From the NCBI RefSeq assembly GCF_964213995.1, contig NW_027590135.1:310001-374000 (forward strand): DNA of 64,000 nucleotides, in the 5' to 3' direction. Below are positions 50,189-64,000 of the stretch, piece after piece. Below the pieces are notes generated by a model. It saw only the letters and a program-made list of their open reading frames with translations. It was not told the origin of the DNA and made no database searches. The position numbers were made by a program, and so were the translations under genes. This DNA comes from Mustelus asterias. Taxonomy: Eukaryota. Every line of letters begins with the position of its first letter. The first letter of the stretch is position 1.

Positions 50189-50316
50189 AGGATATTTAGA
50201 GTCACATGGACAAAAATGTCTGTCTCTCCTGCTCTGTTTGATTGATGGATTGAAAATGTGTCTGCAACTATTTCTGCTCTCTGAGACCGTTGAACTAATA
50301 AGATGTCTGTGTGTCA

Positions 50317-51528
50317 GGAATTGGTTGCATTCTTGGACATACGCATCTCCATCAAGGACGGTCACCTCAGCACTTCACTGTACCGCAAGCACACGGATAA
50401 CCTCATGATGCTCCACTTCTCCAGCTTCCATCCTATACACGTTAAAGAAGCCGTCCTCTGTGGACAAGCCCTCTGTATACACAGGATCTGCTCAGATGAG
50501 GAGTGTTGCAACAGACACCTACAGACGCTGAAAGATGCCCTCATAACAACAGGATATGGTGCTCGACTCATCGGTCGACAGTTCCGATGTGCCACAGAAG
50601 ACAAACACAGGACACGATAGACAGAGTACCCTTCATTGTCCAGTACTTCCCCGGAGCGGAGAAGCTACGACACCTTCTCCGGAGCCTTCAACATGTCAAG
50701 TATGAAGACGAACATCTCGCCAAGACCATCCCCACACCCCCACTTCTCGCCTTCAAACAACCGCATAACCTCAAACAGACCATTGTCTGCAGCAAATTAC
50801 CCAGCATTCAGGAGAACATTGACCACAACACCACACAACCCTGCCACAGCAACCTCTGTAAATGTGCCGCATCATTGACACTGATGCCACCATCTCACGT
50901 GAGAACACCATCCACTACGCACATGGTACATATTCTTGCGAGTCGGCCAATGTTGTCGACCTGATACGCTGCAGGAAAGGATGTCCCAAGGCATGGCACA
51001 TTGAAAAGACTATGCAGATGCTATGACAACGGATGAATGAACACTGCTCAACAATCGCCAGGCAGGAGTGTTTCCTTCCTGTCGGGGTACAGTTCAGCAG
51101 TCATGGGCATTCAGCCTCTGATCTTCGAGTAAGCATTCTCCAAGGTGGCCTTCACGACACATGACAACGCAGAATCACGGAGCAGAAACTGATAGCCAAG
51201 TTCCGCACACATGAATACGGCCTCAACTGGGACCTTGGGATCATGTCACACTATCTGTAACCCCCACAACTTGTCTGTGCAAAATATCAATAACTGTCCT
51301 GGCTGGAGACAATACACACCTCTTCAACCAGTGCTTGGCCCTCTCTCCACTTACACTATCTGTAATTTTAAGACTTGATTACCTGTAAAGACTCGCATTC
51401 TAACCATTATCTTGTAAATTGAGTTTGTGCCTGTATATGCCCTGTTTGTGAACCCATCTCCTCACTCACCTGAAGGAGCCTGAGTCTCCGAAAGCTTGTG
51501 CTGCCAAATAAACCTGTTGGACTTTAAC
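50317..51528 (+). mobile_element. Degraded Penelope-like element (RT thumb, GIY-YIG, pLTR)
   Basis: VAFLDIRISIKDGHLSTSLYRK...; paralogous to 19190-20440 with stops and frameshifts. Confidence 0.92.
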
Positions 51529-52042
51529 AAAACATCAGTAAACAAATCAGAAACAGATCAATCCACCGTGACAATAACACCATCTCTGACTCCCTGCTGC
51601 CAGGAAGCAGCCCTTTCACTGATCCTGTGAGCTTATGTGTTAAATCTGTATGGTCTTGAGAGAAAAGGGACAATCTTTATCAGAATGGAATAAAGTCTGA
51701 GTTTGCACAGATGGTTATTTGCTGCACAAAAAATGGCGCAAATGATGAAATTGTTGATTAACAACTGAAATCAGAACCTGGGTTCCAGATATTAACTATT
51801 AATAAAAAGCAGCAACTTGCATGCATTAAAATACTGCCTGTGACAATACTGTCGTAATGTGGATGGTGTATTCGCCTGATGAATTCCTCTGTATCTGCTG
51901 CGAGACTGATGGGGTCTATTTACTATCGCACACAGGGGGAACTACGGATTGATAAAACAAAGCGGGAAACAGCTGGCCTGTGAATAGCACCGCAGCATCT
52001 GAGGGACAGACAATAGATCGCCCTTTTCCAGAAAAAGTGAGT

Positions 52043-52058
52043 GGCTCTGAAAAGAGCC
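52043..52058 (-). promoter_or_regulatory. Histone 3' stem-loop (H2A copy 2)
   Basis: Minus strand GGCTCTTTTCAGAGCC. Confidence 0.95.
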
Positions 52059-52089
52059 TTTGGGGTTATCAGATTAAAGAATGGCCGCT

Positions 52090-52539
<450 letters not shown>

Positions 52540-53584
52540 TTATAGCTCCGGGAGGAATGGAGGTGCGGACATTGCTGATTGGTCACTTTGTTGCTGCCTC
52601 TCAGCATCTTGTTCATATGACCAATCAGAAATCTGCTTAACTCACCAATCCGGAGAGCCCACGGAGTGAGGGCGGAAAATAACGGCGCCAAAATCTCAGA
52701 TTCCAACCGATTTCATTTCAAACTGTAAAAGCCGCCAAAGCGGAAAAGAACAAGAGTTTCGGAAATTATACGAATAGGTAATGGTTAATTAATTTTGAGT
52801 AATGTAAGAATCTCCCTTTCTCTCCTTCCCCAGTCTATAGTTAACCTGTATCTGGCAGTTTCTGATTTTCAGTCTGGGTTTTTCGGAAAATAAGTCGAAA
52901 ATAACAAAATTTTCACGATTCATTTTTGAAAAGTTCGCAGATGTATTTATAAAACAAGAAATACATTTCAAATAAACTCTCAATAATTAACTGTCTAACA
53001 ACAAAGTGTTTAAAACATCGGTGTTTGCACCATTTCACATTTTATCCCAAGTTGCAGATTTGCTTTTAGAATCCTGGATCCATTCGGGGTTAATCTCGGC
53101 CCTTTTTAAAACTCTCGAACTCGCCGCCAGAAAGTCTCATTGACATCGTTCTGTAAACGGACGGGATGTTCTCCATATTCGTGAGAATCAAGAGGGGAGT
53201 GAACATTTTCGGTGTAAATTGACCAGTGCCGAGACGGAGGTTCCTGCAACAACCGGGGCGGAGAGGGAATAAACTGATCGATTATTAAGACCAAACTGGA
53301 ACAGAATTGGAAGCTGACACATTTGCTCCATTCGCTCTCTCTCTCTCTCTAAAGTCGGGGAAACGGGTCGAAATGGGCCTCTGAGATCTAAGTGCAGAGG
53401 CGGTCGGAAACCAATTAATTAACTTATGAAACATTATCAATCAGACGCTGGGCGATCAACTTGCATTACTCAGTACCTATCATTGCTCAACAGTAAAAAC
53501 AACAATTAGATTGTTCGAGACGCTGGAGTGAAAGATTAATTGAAACTAAATGGATGATACAGCTTTTTCAGGGAGATTGTGGGT

Positions 53585-53600
53585 GGCTCTTGAAAGAGCC
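53585..53600 (-). promoter_or_regulatory. Histone 3' stem-loop (H2B)
   Basis: Minus strand GGCTCTTTCAAGAGCC-ACCCA. Confidence 0.95.
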
Positions 53601-53636
53601 GTTGTGTTTGGGTTGCTTTTCAGTCCATGGGTGGTT

Positions 53637-54011
53637 TTACTTGGAGCTGGTGTACTTGGTCACCGCCTTTGTCCCTTCCGACACGGCGTGCTTGGCCAGT
53701 TCCCCGGGCAGCAGCAGGCGCACGGCGGTCTGGATCTCCCGGGAGCTGATGGTGCTGCGCTTGTTGTAATGGGCCAGGCGGGAAGCCTCACCCGCGATGC
53801 GCTCGAAAATATCGTTCACGAACGAGTTCATGATGCTCATGGCCTTGGAGGAGATGCCGGTGTCGGGGTGAACCTGCTTCATCACTTTGTAGATGTAGAT
53901 GGAGTAACTCTCCTTCCTCGACTTTCGCCGCTTCTTGCCGCCCTTTATTACCGGTTTCTTAATCACTTTCTTCGCCCCCTTCTTAGGAGCTGCTTTCTTC
54001 TCATCCACCAT
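53637..54011 (-). CDS. H2B: Histone H2B
   Basis: ATG at 54011; [27 protein letters not shown]...KYTSSK, 124 aa. Confidence 0.98.
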   Translation of the reverse strand: MVDEKKAAPKKGAKKVIKKPVIKGGKKRRKSRKESYSIYIYKVMKQVHPDTGISSKAMSIMNSFVNDIFERIAGEASRLAHYNKRSTISSREIQTAVRLLLPGELAKHAVSEGTKAVTKYTSSK

Positions 54012-54063
54012 TTTCACAGTTAATTTCAGACACAGAATCACTGAGTCGCGCTCGGAACTCCTC

Positions 54064-54175
54064 TTTTATAGACCAAAGCAGAGGCCTATGCTAATGAAGG
54101 ATTGCTGAAAGCCCTGTTCCCCATTGGCTCATTCACAATGATGTCAATTCGTGACGCTCTCTCTCTGATTGGTTA
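54064..54175 (-). promoter_or_regulatory. H2B promoter (TATA, octamer variant, CCAAT)
   Basis: TATAAAA at 54064-54070, ATTAGCAT octamer variant at 54088-54095, CCAAT near 54125 and 54170. Confidence 0.8.
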
Positions 54176-55500
54176 GTTCAGATACACAAACACATCGTTT
54201 GTGGATTTGAGCAGCAACCAGTCTGTTGTCAATCCGTCCTTTCCCCTTGTCCGCCCCGATCCACCCAACCCCCTGACTCTCTCACTCCCTCTGCCGCACC
54301 AGCGCATTCTCTCTGCTGCTAATCCCACATCACTCTATCAGACTGCTGATACTGTTCATACATTTCCCCTTCCTCACCAGCACCAACTGCTCTGCTTTAC
54401 TTCCGCCCATCACCGGGAGCTGGCAGTGTACAATATCTGGGCGTGTGGAAGGGGAATAAGTTTGATGAGCAACAGCCACATTGACATTGTTGCTAAAACA
54501 AAAAGCTGACTGCAAGAAGGAGTGGAATCAGAATTGGATATTACTGGCTACAAGCCTTGATACGGTTCCACACCAGAGGTAAATAAAGAAAAAAATGAGA
54601 GCACGTGGAATGGGGGGGGGGGGGGGGGGGGGTGCTGGGCGGGGGAAGAGAATATCCTGAAATAGACTAAGAACTAGCTGATGGACAGAGAACTGAGGGT
54701 AGGAACAAATGGGTCATTTTCAAGTTAGCAGGCTATGACAAGTGGGCTACCACAAGGATCAGTGTTTGGGCCACTGCTATCTACAATCTGTGTATCAATG
54801 ATTTGGGATTAAAGGTAATATTTCCAAATTGGTAGCTGACACAAACAAGGTGGATGTGTGAGTTGTGAGAAGGAGGCAAAGACTCCTTGTGTGTATTTGA
54901 AGAGGCTGAGCGAATGGGCAACAATTTTGCAGATAGAATGCAATGCGGAGAGATATGAGGAGATTTAATCATTAAATATGTTCAGGAGTGAGATTGATAG
55001 ATTTCTACATATCAAAAACATCAAGGGTTACGAGGATAGTTCAGAAAAATGGTGTTGAAGTGGAAAATCAGTCATGATCTCACTGTATGGCAATGTAGAC
55101 TCGAAGAGCCGAATGGCCGACTCTTGCTCCAATTTCTTATCTTCTAATTATGTTTTAGCATGGTCATCATTCTGTGACTGTAATTAACGATAAATGGGTA
55201 CAAGGTACTTCTTGTATCCTGTCACAATATGACTGTGGCTTTAAAAATAGAACAGAGCATGTCCATAGCTAGTGACTGGCCTCCTATTTTCCAACAGACT
55301 TTCCACAATTGAATTCCACATTTAGGTAAGGGATGGAATACTCTCCACTCACTGGTCAGTGCACCTCCAACAACACCAAATAATCTCAGAAACAAATCTA
55401 GTTTTTGGTTTCACTTGCAAACCATTCACCAGCTTCAGCATTTACTCCCTCAACCATTCATACACAGTGTGCACCATTTGTGAAGTACACTGCAAGAACG

Positions 55501-55830
55501 GGCGACACAATGGTTAGACAGCTGCCTCACAATGCCAGGGACCCAGGTTCGTTTCCGGCCTCGGACGCCTGTCTTTGTGGAGGTTGCATATTCTCCCCTT
55601 ATCTGCATGGGTTTTCTACAAGTGCACCGGTTTCCACCCACAGTTCAAAGTTGTGCAGGTTATTCGGATTGGCCATGTTAATTGCCCCTTGGTATCCCAA
55701 GATGTGTAGTTAGAGGATGCAGCTGTGGTAAATTTGTGGGGTTATGGGGATAGGGCCTGGGTAAAATGCTGAGTCAATGCAGACTTGATGGGTCAAATGA
55801 CATCCTTCTGCACTGGAGGGATTCTATTCT
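55501..55830 (+). mobile_element. Diverged HE1-like V-SINE
   Basis: Head, V-domain and tail recognisable. Confidence 0.75.
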
Positions 55831-57399
55831 AAATCAGTGAGGCTGAGTGTGGGACTGAAATAGCATCTCTCTATTTCATGTACAGAATGTGATTAATTAT
55901 GTGCCTGTAAGTATTGGGTACAGTATGTGAAACAAAATGTGTATTTGTCTGTTGATTGCCAGCTTGCATGTGTGAGATTGGCTGAACATAATTTTGTGAC
56001 TCATGCACTATATCAGTCTCTACTGTGTATGTTAATATGGGGTAAATTCTGCTCATGCCAGTGTCTTGAATTGAATGGGAGTTTGATTTCAGTTCTGCAG
56101 GCATGCAAATAACCCACAAACACTGCATAAGTGTCTGAATCATACTGTATGCATCAGTCTCTGGTACAACATCTGAGTGTGCTTTTCTGTCTGTCTGTGG
56201 TGTTGTGTGTGAATGCAGGGTTCATTCTATGGATGCTACTTGTGATACTGTGTGAGAGTGAACTTCATTTTGCTTCACTGTTTCTCAAAACAAAAGTTTG
56301 AATGTAGGTATCATTCTGTAGTTGTCATTCTCTAGTATGTTTTGGAATTCCTTGTTCTTCCATCTGTCTCGAGAGAGTTTGAGAAAGTAGGATTAATTTT
56401 ACATCTGTGATTCTCTGGTTATCCATGTGGGTGTAGGAATCAATCTTTATCCATGTGTCTCTTGCGTTGTGTTGAAGTGTGGGATACTTCTGTACTTTAA
56501 GGTGACATGTATCTCAGACACTGTGATAAACACTAGCTGCTAAAACTATAATGTGTTGATATTTGTTCATCTTTCAATTTATTTTTTCATGTAGATTTCC
56601 AGTACATTTGACTGTCCCTGTTTATATTCAGCAGCTGTGTGTGAGTATTCAATTAGTAATTCTGTGAATGGTAACAATTGGAACCTGGTAAGTAATTCCT
56701 GCAGTTTGTAGCAAAGGGATTGCTGTTACATCTTTCTATCTTACTCATATTGAGCATTTTTGGATTCATTTACATGTTTATCCCTGTATATAGTATCAGG
56801 TAATTAATTGTAATTTATTCAGTATTGTACAATGACCTTTTGTCTGTCTGAGTGAAGAATTGCTACTTAATGTGTGATCAAGGTGACACCATGTTTTATA
56901 TCTGTGAGTGGATGAATTTGTATAATTCCTGTGATATATACCTGTCAAGACAAAAGTTATGAAAATGTAGATGTACAAAAGGACTCTAGATGTTAACATG
57001 CAGGTCCAGATGGCAATTCGGAAGGCTAATGATATGTTGGACGTTATTGCAAAAGGTTTTGAGTACAGCAGAAGTGAAGTCTTACTTTAATTGTACAGCA
57101 GTTTGGTTGGACTGCACCTGGAGAACTGTGTGTAGTTTTGGTCCCCTTACCTTAGGAAGGATAATTATTTTGTCCTGGAAAGTGTCACAAAGGTTCACCA
57201 AACTTGTTCCAAAGATCAGAGAGGCATCTGCATCGGTACAGACTTGGTTTCAATCTAATTTGTTAGACATCATCTCCCTCGAACAAAGCCATGCTGACTA
57301 TCCTTCATTAATCCTTGCCTCTGCAAATGGAGATTAATTTTGACCCTCACAATTTTTCTCAATAGTTCCCCTGACACTGATTTCAGACTTTAAACAACT

Positions 57400-57860
57400 G
57401 GATCAGAAACAGAAACAGATCCCGGAGAGATGCAGTAATAGCAGAGTTGTTGTGATGGGAGACTTTAATTTCCCAAACATAAATTGGAATATCCCAAGGT
57501 GAAGGGAATTGGATGGGGAAAAGTTCGTTAGGTGTGTCCAGGAGGGTTTCCTGACACAGCATGTGGACAAGCCTACAAGAGGAGAGGCTGTACTTGATCT
57601 GATACTGACCAATGAACCTGGACAGGTGTCAGATCTCTCAGTGGGAGAGCATCTTAGGGATAGCGATCATAACTCTCTCCTTTAGGCTTGCGTTGGAAAA
57701 AGAGAGGATCAGGAAAGCTAGGAAAGTGTTTACATGGAGGAAGGGGAAATATGAAGACATCAGACAGCAAATTAGAGCAGTAAATTGGAAGGAGGTATTC
57801 TCGGGGAAATGAACTGAAGAGAGGTGGCAGTTTTTTAAGGAATGTCTGTCTAGAGTTCTA
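57400..57860 (+). mobile_element. CR1 endonuclease-region fragment
   Basis: RVVVMGDFNFPNINW..PTRGEAVLDLIL..SDH. Confidence 0.85.
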
Positions 57861-58411
57861 CAGTAAGAAGTCTCACAACACCAGGTTAAAGTCCAACAGG
57901 TTTATTTGGTAGCAAATACCATAAGCTTTCGGAGCACAGCTCCTTCGTCAGATGGAGTGGATATCTGTTCTCAAACAGTGCAAACAGACACAGAAATCAA
58001 ATTACAGAATACTGATTAGAATGCAAATCTCTACAGCCAGCCAGGTCTTAAATGTACAGACAATGTGGGTGGAGGGAGCATTCAACACAGGTTAAAGAGA
58101 TGTGTATTGTCTCCAGACAGAACAGCTAGTGAGATTCTACAAGCCCAGGAGGCAAGCTGTGGGGGTTACTGATAATGTGACATAAATCCAACATCCCGGT
58201 TTAGGCCGTCCTCATGTGTGCGGAACTTGGCTATCAGTTTCTGCTCAGCGACTCTGCGCTGTCGTGTGTCGTGAAGGCTGCCTTGGAGAACGCTTACCTG
58301 AAGATCCAAGGCTGAATGCCCGTGACTGCTGAAGTGCTCCCCCACAGGAAGCGAACAGTCTTGCCTGGTGATTGTCGAGCGGTGTTCATTCACCCGTTGT
58401 CGTAGCGTCTG
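57861..58411 (-). mobile_element. Penelope-like element 3' end plus pLTR
   Basis: ORF 58166-58393 is the GIY-YIG C-terminus; pLTR closely matches 950-1262. Confidence 0.92.
57919..57955 (-). ncRNA. Minimal hammerhead ribozyme motif (fully paired stems I and II)
   Basis: ccat-CTGACGA-a-ggagc tgt gctcc-GAAA-gc-TT-atgg. Confidence 0.8.
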
Positions 58412-61260
58412 ATATCCTTCTGATATCTGTGTTAAACCTCCCCCCCTTCACCTTGAACCTATGACCCCTCGTGAACGTCACCACCGACCCGGGGAAAAGC
58501 TTCCCACCGTTCACCCTATCTATGCCTTTCATAATTTTATACACCTCTATTAAGTCTCCCCTCATCCTCCGTCTTTCCAAGGAGAACAACCCCAGTTTCC
58601 CCAATCTCTCCTCATAACCAAGTCCCTCCATACCAGGCAACATCCTGGTAAACCTCCTCTGTACTCTCTCCAAAGCCTCCACGTCCTTCTGGTAGTGTGG
58701 CGACCAGAACTGGACGCAGTATTCCAAATGCGGCCGAACCAACGTTCTATACATCTGCAACATCAGGCCCCAACTCTTATACTCTATGCCCCGTCCTATA
58801 AAGGCAAGCATGCCATATGCCTTCTTCACCACCTTCTCCACCTGTGACGTCACCTTCAAAGATCTGTGGACTTGCACACCCAGGTCCGTCTGCGTCTCTA
58901 CACCCTTTATGGTTCTTCCATTTATCGTGTAGCTCCTCCCTACATTATTCCCACCAAAATGCATCACTTCGCATTTATCAGGATTGAACTCCATCTGCCA
59001 TTTCCTTGCCCAAGTTTCCAGCCTATCGATATCTTTCTGTAGCCTCTGACAATGTTCCTCACTATCTGCAAGTCCTGCCAGTTTTGTGTCGTCCGCAAAC
59101 TTACTGATCACCCCAGTTACTCCTTCTTCCAGATCATTTATATAAATCACAAACAGCAGAGGTCCCAATACAGAGCCCTGCGGTACACCACTAGTCACAG
59201 GCCTCCAGCCGGAAAAAGACCCTTCCACTACCACCCTCTGTCTTCTATGACCAAGCCAGTTCTCCACCCATCTAGCCACCTCCCCCTTTATCCCATGAGA
59301 TCCAACCTTTTTCACTAGCCTACCATGAGGGACTTTGTCAAACACTTTACTAAAGTCCATATAGACAACATCCACGGCCCTTCCTTCGTCAACCATTTTG
59401 GTCACTTCTTCAAAAAACACCACCAGGTTAGTGAGGCATGACCTCCCTCTCACAAAACCATGTTGACTATCGTTAATGAGTTTATTCCTTTCTAAATGCG
59501 CATACATCCTATCTCTAAGAATCTTCTCCAACAACTTCCCCACCACGGACGTCAAGCTCACCGGCCTATAATTACCCGGGTTATCCTTCCTACCCTTCTT
59601 AAATAACGGGACCACATTGGCTATCCTCCAATCCTCTGGGACCTCACCTGCGTCCAGTGACGAGACAAAGATTTGCGTCAGAGGCCCAACGATTTCACCT
59701 CTCGTCTCCCTGAGCAGCCTTGGATAGATTCCATCAGGCCCTGGGGATTTGTCAGTCTTTATATTCTCTAACAAACCTAACACTTCCTCCTTTGTAATGG
59801 AGATTTTCTCCAACGGTTCAACACTCCCCTCCGAGACACTCCCAGTCAACACATCCCTCTCCTTTGTGAATACCGACGCAAAGTATTCATTTAGGACCTC
59901 CCCTACTTCTTTGGGCTCCAAGCATAAGTCCCCACTTTTGTCCCTGAGAGGTCCGATTTTTTCCCTAACAACCCTTTTGTTCCTAACGTACAAATAAAAT
60001 GCCTTGGGATTCTCCTTAATCCTGTCTGCAAAGAACATTTCGTGACCCCTTTTTGCTATTCTAATTCCCCGTTTGAGTACTTTCCTACTTTCTTTGTACT
60101 CCTCCAGAGCTCCCTCCGTTTTTAGCTGCTTGGACCTAACATACGCCTCTCTTTTCTTTTTGACAAGTCCCTCAATTTCCCTGGTTATCCACGGTTCTCT
60201 AATCCTACCCTTCCTATCCTTCTTTTTTACAGGCACATGCTTGTCCTGTAGCCCTAACAACCGTTCCTTAAAAGACTGCCACATACCAGATGTGGATTTA
60301 CCCTCAAACAGCCTCTCCCAATCAAGAGCTGCCAATTTCTGCCTGAACCCAATAAAGTTAGCCTTCCCCCAATCCAACACCTTACCCTTGGGACACCACT
60401 CATCCTTTTCCATCACTATCCTAAAGCTAACAGAATTGTGGTCACTATTTGCCACATGTTCCCCTACCAAAACTTTGAAGACCTGAGCGGGCTCATTCCC
60501 CAGTAACAGGTCCAGTATAGCCCCCTCTCTAGTCGGGCTGTCTACATATTGTTCCAACGAACCCTCCTGTACACATTTTACAAATTCCTCCCCATCCAGA
60601 GTCCCTGCCCTCAGCGATTTCCAGTCTATACCAGGGAAATTGAAGTCTCCCACTACAACAACCCTATTTTTCCTGCACCTATCCAGTATCTCCTGACATA
60701 TCCATTCTTCCACTTCCCTTGGGCTGTTGGGGGGCCTGTAGTACACCCCCAACATAGTGACTGCGCCTTTCCTGTTTCTAAGCTCCACCCAGAGTGACTC
60801 GTTACACGACCCCTCTGAATTGTCCTCCCTCTGCACCGCTGTAATATGCTCTCCAACTAATACCGCTACTCCCCCACCTCTTTTGGCCCCTCCTCTGTCT
60901 CGCCTAAAACACTTGTACCCTGGAATATTCAGCAGCCAGTCCTGTCCCTCTTTCAACCAAGTCTCTGTCACCGCAACCACATCCAAATTCCTCGTGCGCA
61001 TTAAGGCCCCAAGTTCGTCTGTCTTACCTGCTACGCTCCTTGCATTGAAGTATAAGCACTCCAGACCTCCAGGCTCAGTGAGGTCGTCCTCCCCCAGAGT
61101 GCTCTTCTTCTTTGCCAGCCTTGTCCCAGCCCCAAGCTCGTCCCCAGCCTCCACACTTATAGACCTAATAGTTTGATCCCCACCTCCCTGCCATACTAGT
61201 TTAAATCCCCCCGAACTGCACTAGCAAAGCTCCCAGCCAGGATATTTGTGCCCTTCCAAC
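58412..61260 (-). mobile_element. CR1 LINE with uninterrupted ORF2 (58386-61154, 922 aa; APE endonuclease plus RT), 3' end replaced by Penelope
   Basis: CLYFNARS, VAVTETWL, GDFN, SDH, PGNYRPVSLTS, PQGSVLGP, FADD; ORF1 tail (GTNILAGSF) upstream. Confidence 0.97.
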
Positions 61261-61276
61261 TTACTTGTGACCCTGA

Positions 61277-62492
61277 GTTCTTCGAAAATGTGACCAAACA
61301 CATTGACGAAGGGAAGGCGGTAGATGTGGTTTATATGGATTTTAGCAAGGCGTTCGATAAGGTCCCCCATGCAAGGCTTCTAGAAAAAGTGAGAGGGCAT
61401 GGGATCCAAGGGGCTGCTGCCCGGTGGATCCAGAACTGGCTTGCCCAAAGGAGGCAGAGAGTGTGTATAGATGGGTCTTTTTCTAAATGGAGGTCGGTCA
61501 CCAGTGGTGTGCCCCAGGGATCTGTTCTGGGACCCTTGCTGTTTGTCATTTTCATAAATGACCTGGATGAGGAAGCGGAGGGATGGGTTGGTAAGTTTGC
61601 CGACGACATGAAGGTTGGTGGGGTTGTGGATAGTCTGGAGAGATGTCAGAAGTTACAGAGGGACATAGATAGGATGCAAGACTGGGCGGACAAGTGGCAG
61701 ATGGACTTCAACCCAGATAAATGCGTCGTGGTCCATTTTGGTAGGTCAAATGGGATGAAGGAGTACAATATAAAGGGAAAGACTCTTAGTACTGTAGAGG
61801 GTCTGAAGGACCTTGGGGTCCGGGTCCATAGGACTCTGAAATCGGCCCCGCAGGTGGAGGAGGTGGTTAAGAAGGCGTATGGTGTGCTGGCCTTTATCAA
61901 TTGAGGGATTGAGTTTTAGAGTCCGGGGATAATGATGCAGCTATATAAGACCCTCGTCAGACCCCACTTGGAGTACTGTGCTCAGTTCTGGTCGCCTCAC
62001 GATAGGAAGGATGTGGAAAAGATTGAAAGGGTGCAGAGGAGATTTACAAGGATGTTGCCTGGATTGAGTGGCATGCCTTATGAGGATAGGCTGAGGGAGC
62101 TCGGTCTTTTCTCCTTGGAGAGACAAAGGATGAGAAGAGACCTAATAGAGGTGTATAAGATGTTGAGAGCCATAGATCGGGTGGACACTCAGAGGCTTTT
62201 TCCCAGGGTGGAAATGTCTGCTATGAGAGGACACAGGTTTCGGGTGCTGGGGGTAGGTACAGGGGAGATGTTAGGGGTACGTTTTTCACACAGAGGGTGG
62301 TGGGCGAGTGGAATCGGTTGCCGTCAGTGGTGGTGGAGGCGAACTCAATAGGGTCTTTTAAGAGACTCCTGGATGAGTACATGTAGCGTAATAGGATGGA
62401 AGGTTATAGGTAGGTCTAGAAGGTAGGGATGTGTTCGGCACAACGTGTGGGCCGAAGGGCCTGTTTGTGCAGTAGTTTTTCAATGTTTCTAT
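61277..62492 (+). mobile_element. 5'-truncated CR1 LINE
   Basis: ORFs 61248-61904 and 61932-62351 with RT motifs and tail. Confidence 0.92.
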
Positions 62493-62899
62493 GGATTGTG
62501 TCCTTGTCACCTCAAGGACATCTCCACTCTCCAACACTACAATGACGTCCCTGGTCAGTATTGTCATCCCACCTCTCCTTTTCTCTTATCTATCTCTTTC
62601 TGAACACAATTCTTGAATATTCAGCACCCTGTCCTCACTCTTTTTAAGCCACATTTCTGTCAATGCCTCTGCATCAGATTCCCACATTTCTCTTGGTCCT
62701 TCAAGCTCATCAACCTTATTTATCACACTTTTTGTGTTTACATACATAGGAAACCTGTTTTGACATTCTTCATAGTACTTGTTAGTCTCCTTCTATCCAA
62801 CATGGTATTACTTCCTTCTCCTGTATTATCCATCACTCTCCCTCCTTTCTGCCCTTCTTCCTTTCTGCTACTTTTATATGTATCACAACCTCTATCCTA

Positions 62900-63800
62900 T
62901 CACCCTCCTCTTTCAGGATGTCCTGCAGCGATTCAGTGACATCCCTGACACTGGCCAGGGAGATAACACACCATCCTGAAGTCAGATCCTTGGCTACAGA
63001 AATGCCTGTCTGCACTACTGACTGATGAATCCCCTATCACTATTGCTCTTCCTGTCTTCTTCCTCCCCACCTGTACAAGCAAGATGCTTGTGGTGCCAGA
63101 ATCTTGGCTCTGACTGCACTCCTCTGGGGTGCCGACCAGCACCCTCATCTGCATCCAAAATGGAAAACATGTTAGTGACTAGGATCCCAGGGGACTCCTG
63201 CAATACCTGTTTGGGTGGCAGGGTGACAAAGTGGTTCGCATTGCTGCCTCACAGCATGAGGGACCCGGCTTCAATTCCGGCCTTGGGTGGCTGTTTGTGT
63301 GGAGCTTGCACATTCTCCCCGTTTGTACGTGGGTTTCCTCCCACAGTCCAAAAATGTGCAGGTTAGGTGGATTGACCATGCTAAATTGCCCCTTAGTGCC
63401 CCAAGATGTGTAGGTTAGAGAGATTGGCAGCGTAAATACCTGGGGTTATGGGGATAGGGGCTGGGTAGGATGGTTGTTGGTGCAGGCTCGATGGGCTGAA
63501 TGGCCCCCTTCTGCACTGGAGGGATTCTATGATTCTATTCCATGATTCCACATGCCTGTTCTTCCTGGACTGCTCAGTGGTCACCCATTTCCTTCTTTCC
63601 TCTAGTACCTTGAGCTGTGCTGTGACCATCTCTCTAAATGTGCTGTCGACATAACTCTCAGCCTCTCAAATGCATCACAGTCTCTCCAGCTGCTCCTCAA
63701 GGTCCGAAACCTGGAGCTCCAGTTTCTGCAGCTGGGAACACTTCCTGCACATGTGGTCATTCAAGACAATGGCAGCATCCAAGACTCCCCACATGAGACA
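62900..63800 (-). mobile_element. CR1 ORF1 remnant interrupted by a V-SINE (63213-63548 +)
   Basis: RAIVIGDS..RMVCYLPG (SGNH-like) and an upstream Cys / leucine-zipper segment. Confidence 0.75.
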
Positions 63801-63883
63801 AACCACACATTCCACTCAGCTGTCTTCACCTGACGTGTCTTCAATGTAAAATTTACACCTTATACTAGAACAAATCAGATGTC

Positions 63884-64000
63884 GTGATGCCGGCATTGGA
63901 CTGGGGTGGGCACGGTAAGAAGTCTCACAACACCAGGTTCAAGTCGAACAGGTTTATTTGGTAGCACGAGCTTTCGGAGCACTTCTCCTTCCTCAGGTGA
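63884..64000 (-). mobile_element. Penelope pLTR with hammerhead (63965-63999), runs off the window
   Basis: cac-CTGAGGA-a-ggag aagtg ctcc-GAAA-gc-TC-gtg. Confidence 0.85.

Noticed and set aside
55860-56980. T/G-skewed, apparently unique 1.1-kb stretch
   Set aside because: I could not establish any periodicity, ORF or RNA structure by eye

Overview
Eukaryotic, repeat-rich vertebrate DNA, almost certainly a shark or other elasmobranch (HE1/V-SINEs, abundant CR1 LINEs, Penelope-like elements, Rex1/Babar, Tx1 and L2 fragments). The host content is a replication-dependent histone cluster (H1+, H4+, H3+, H2A-, a second H2A-, H2B-, each with a 3' stem-loop) at 39.7-54.0 kb. About ten single tRNA genes of different isotypes are scattered around it, most of them decayed. 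There are two CpG-island promoters (0.45-0.68 kb, 20.8-21.35 kb). The second may drive an unrecognised phase-compatible 3-exon gene whose last exon is interrupted by an HE1 SINE. Other notable signals: several minimal hammerhead ribozymes in Penelope pLTRs, Penelope fold-back insertions centred on the ribozyme, a ~0.9 kb direct duplication bracketing a Tx1 insertion, and a second histone unit that appears to have lost H3 by a ~1.1 kb deletion. No prokaryotic system or CRISPR array is seen. Most short ORFs in the track are TE debris or spurious. All family assignments come from motif recognition, not database searches.
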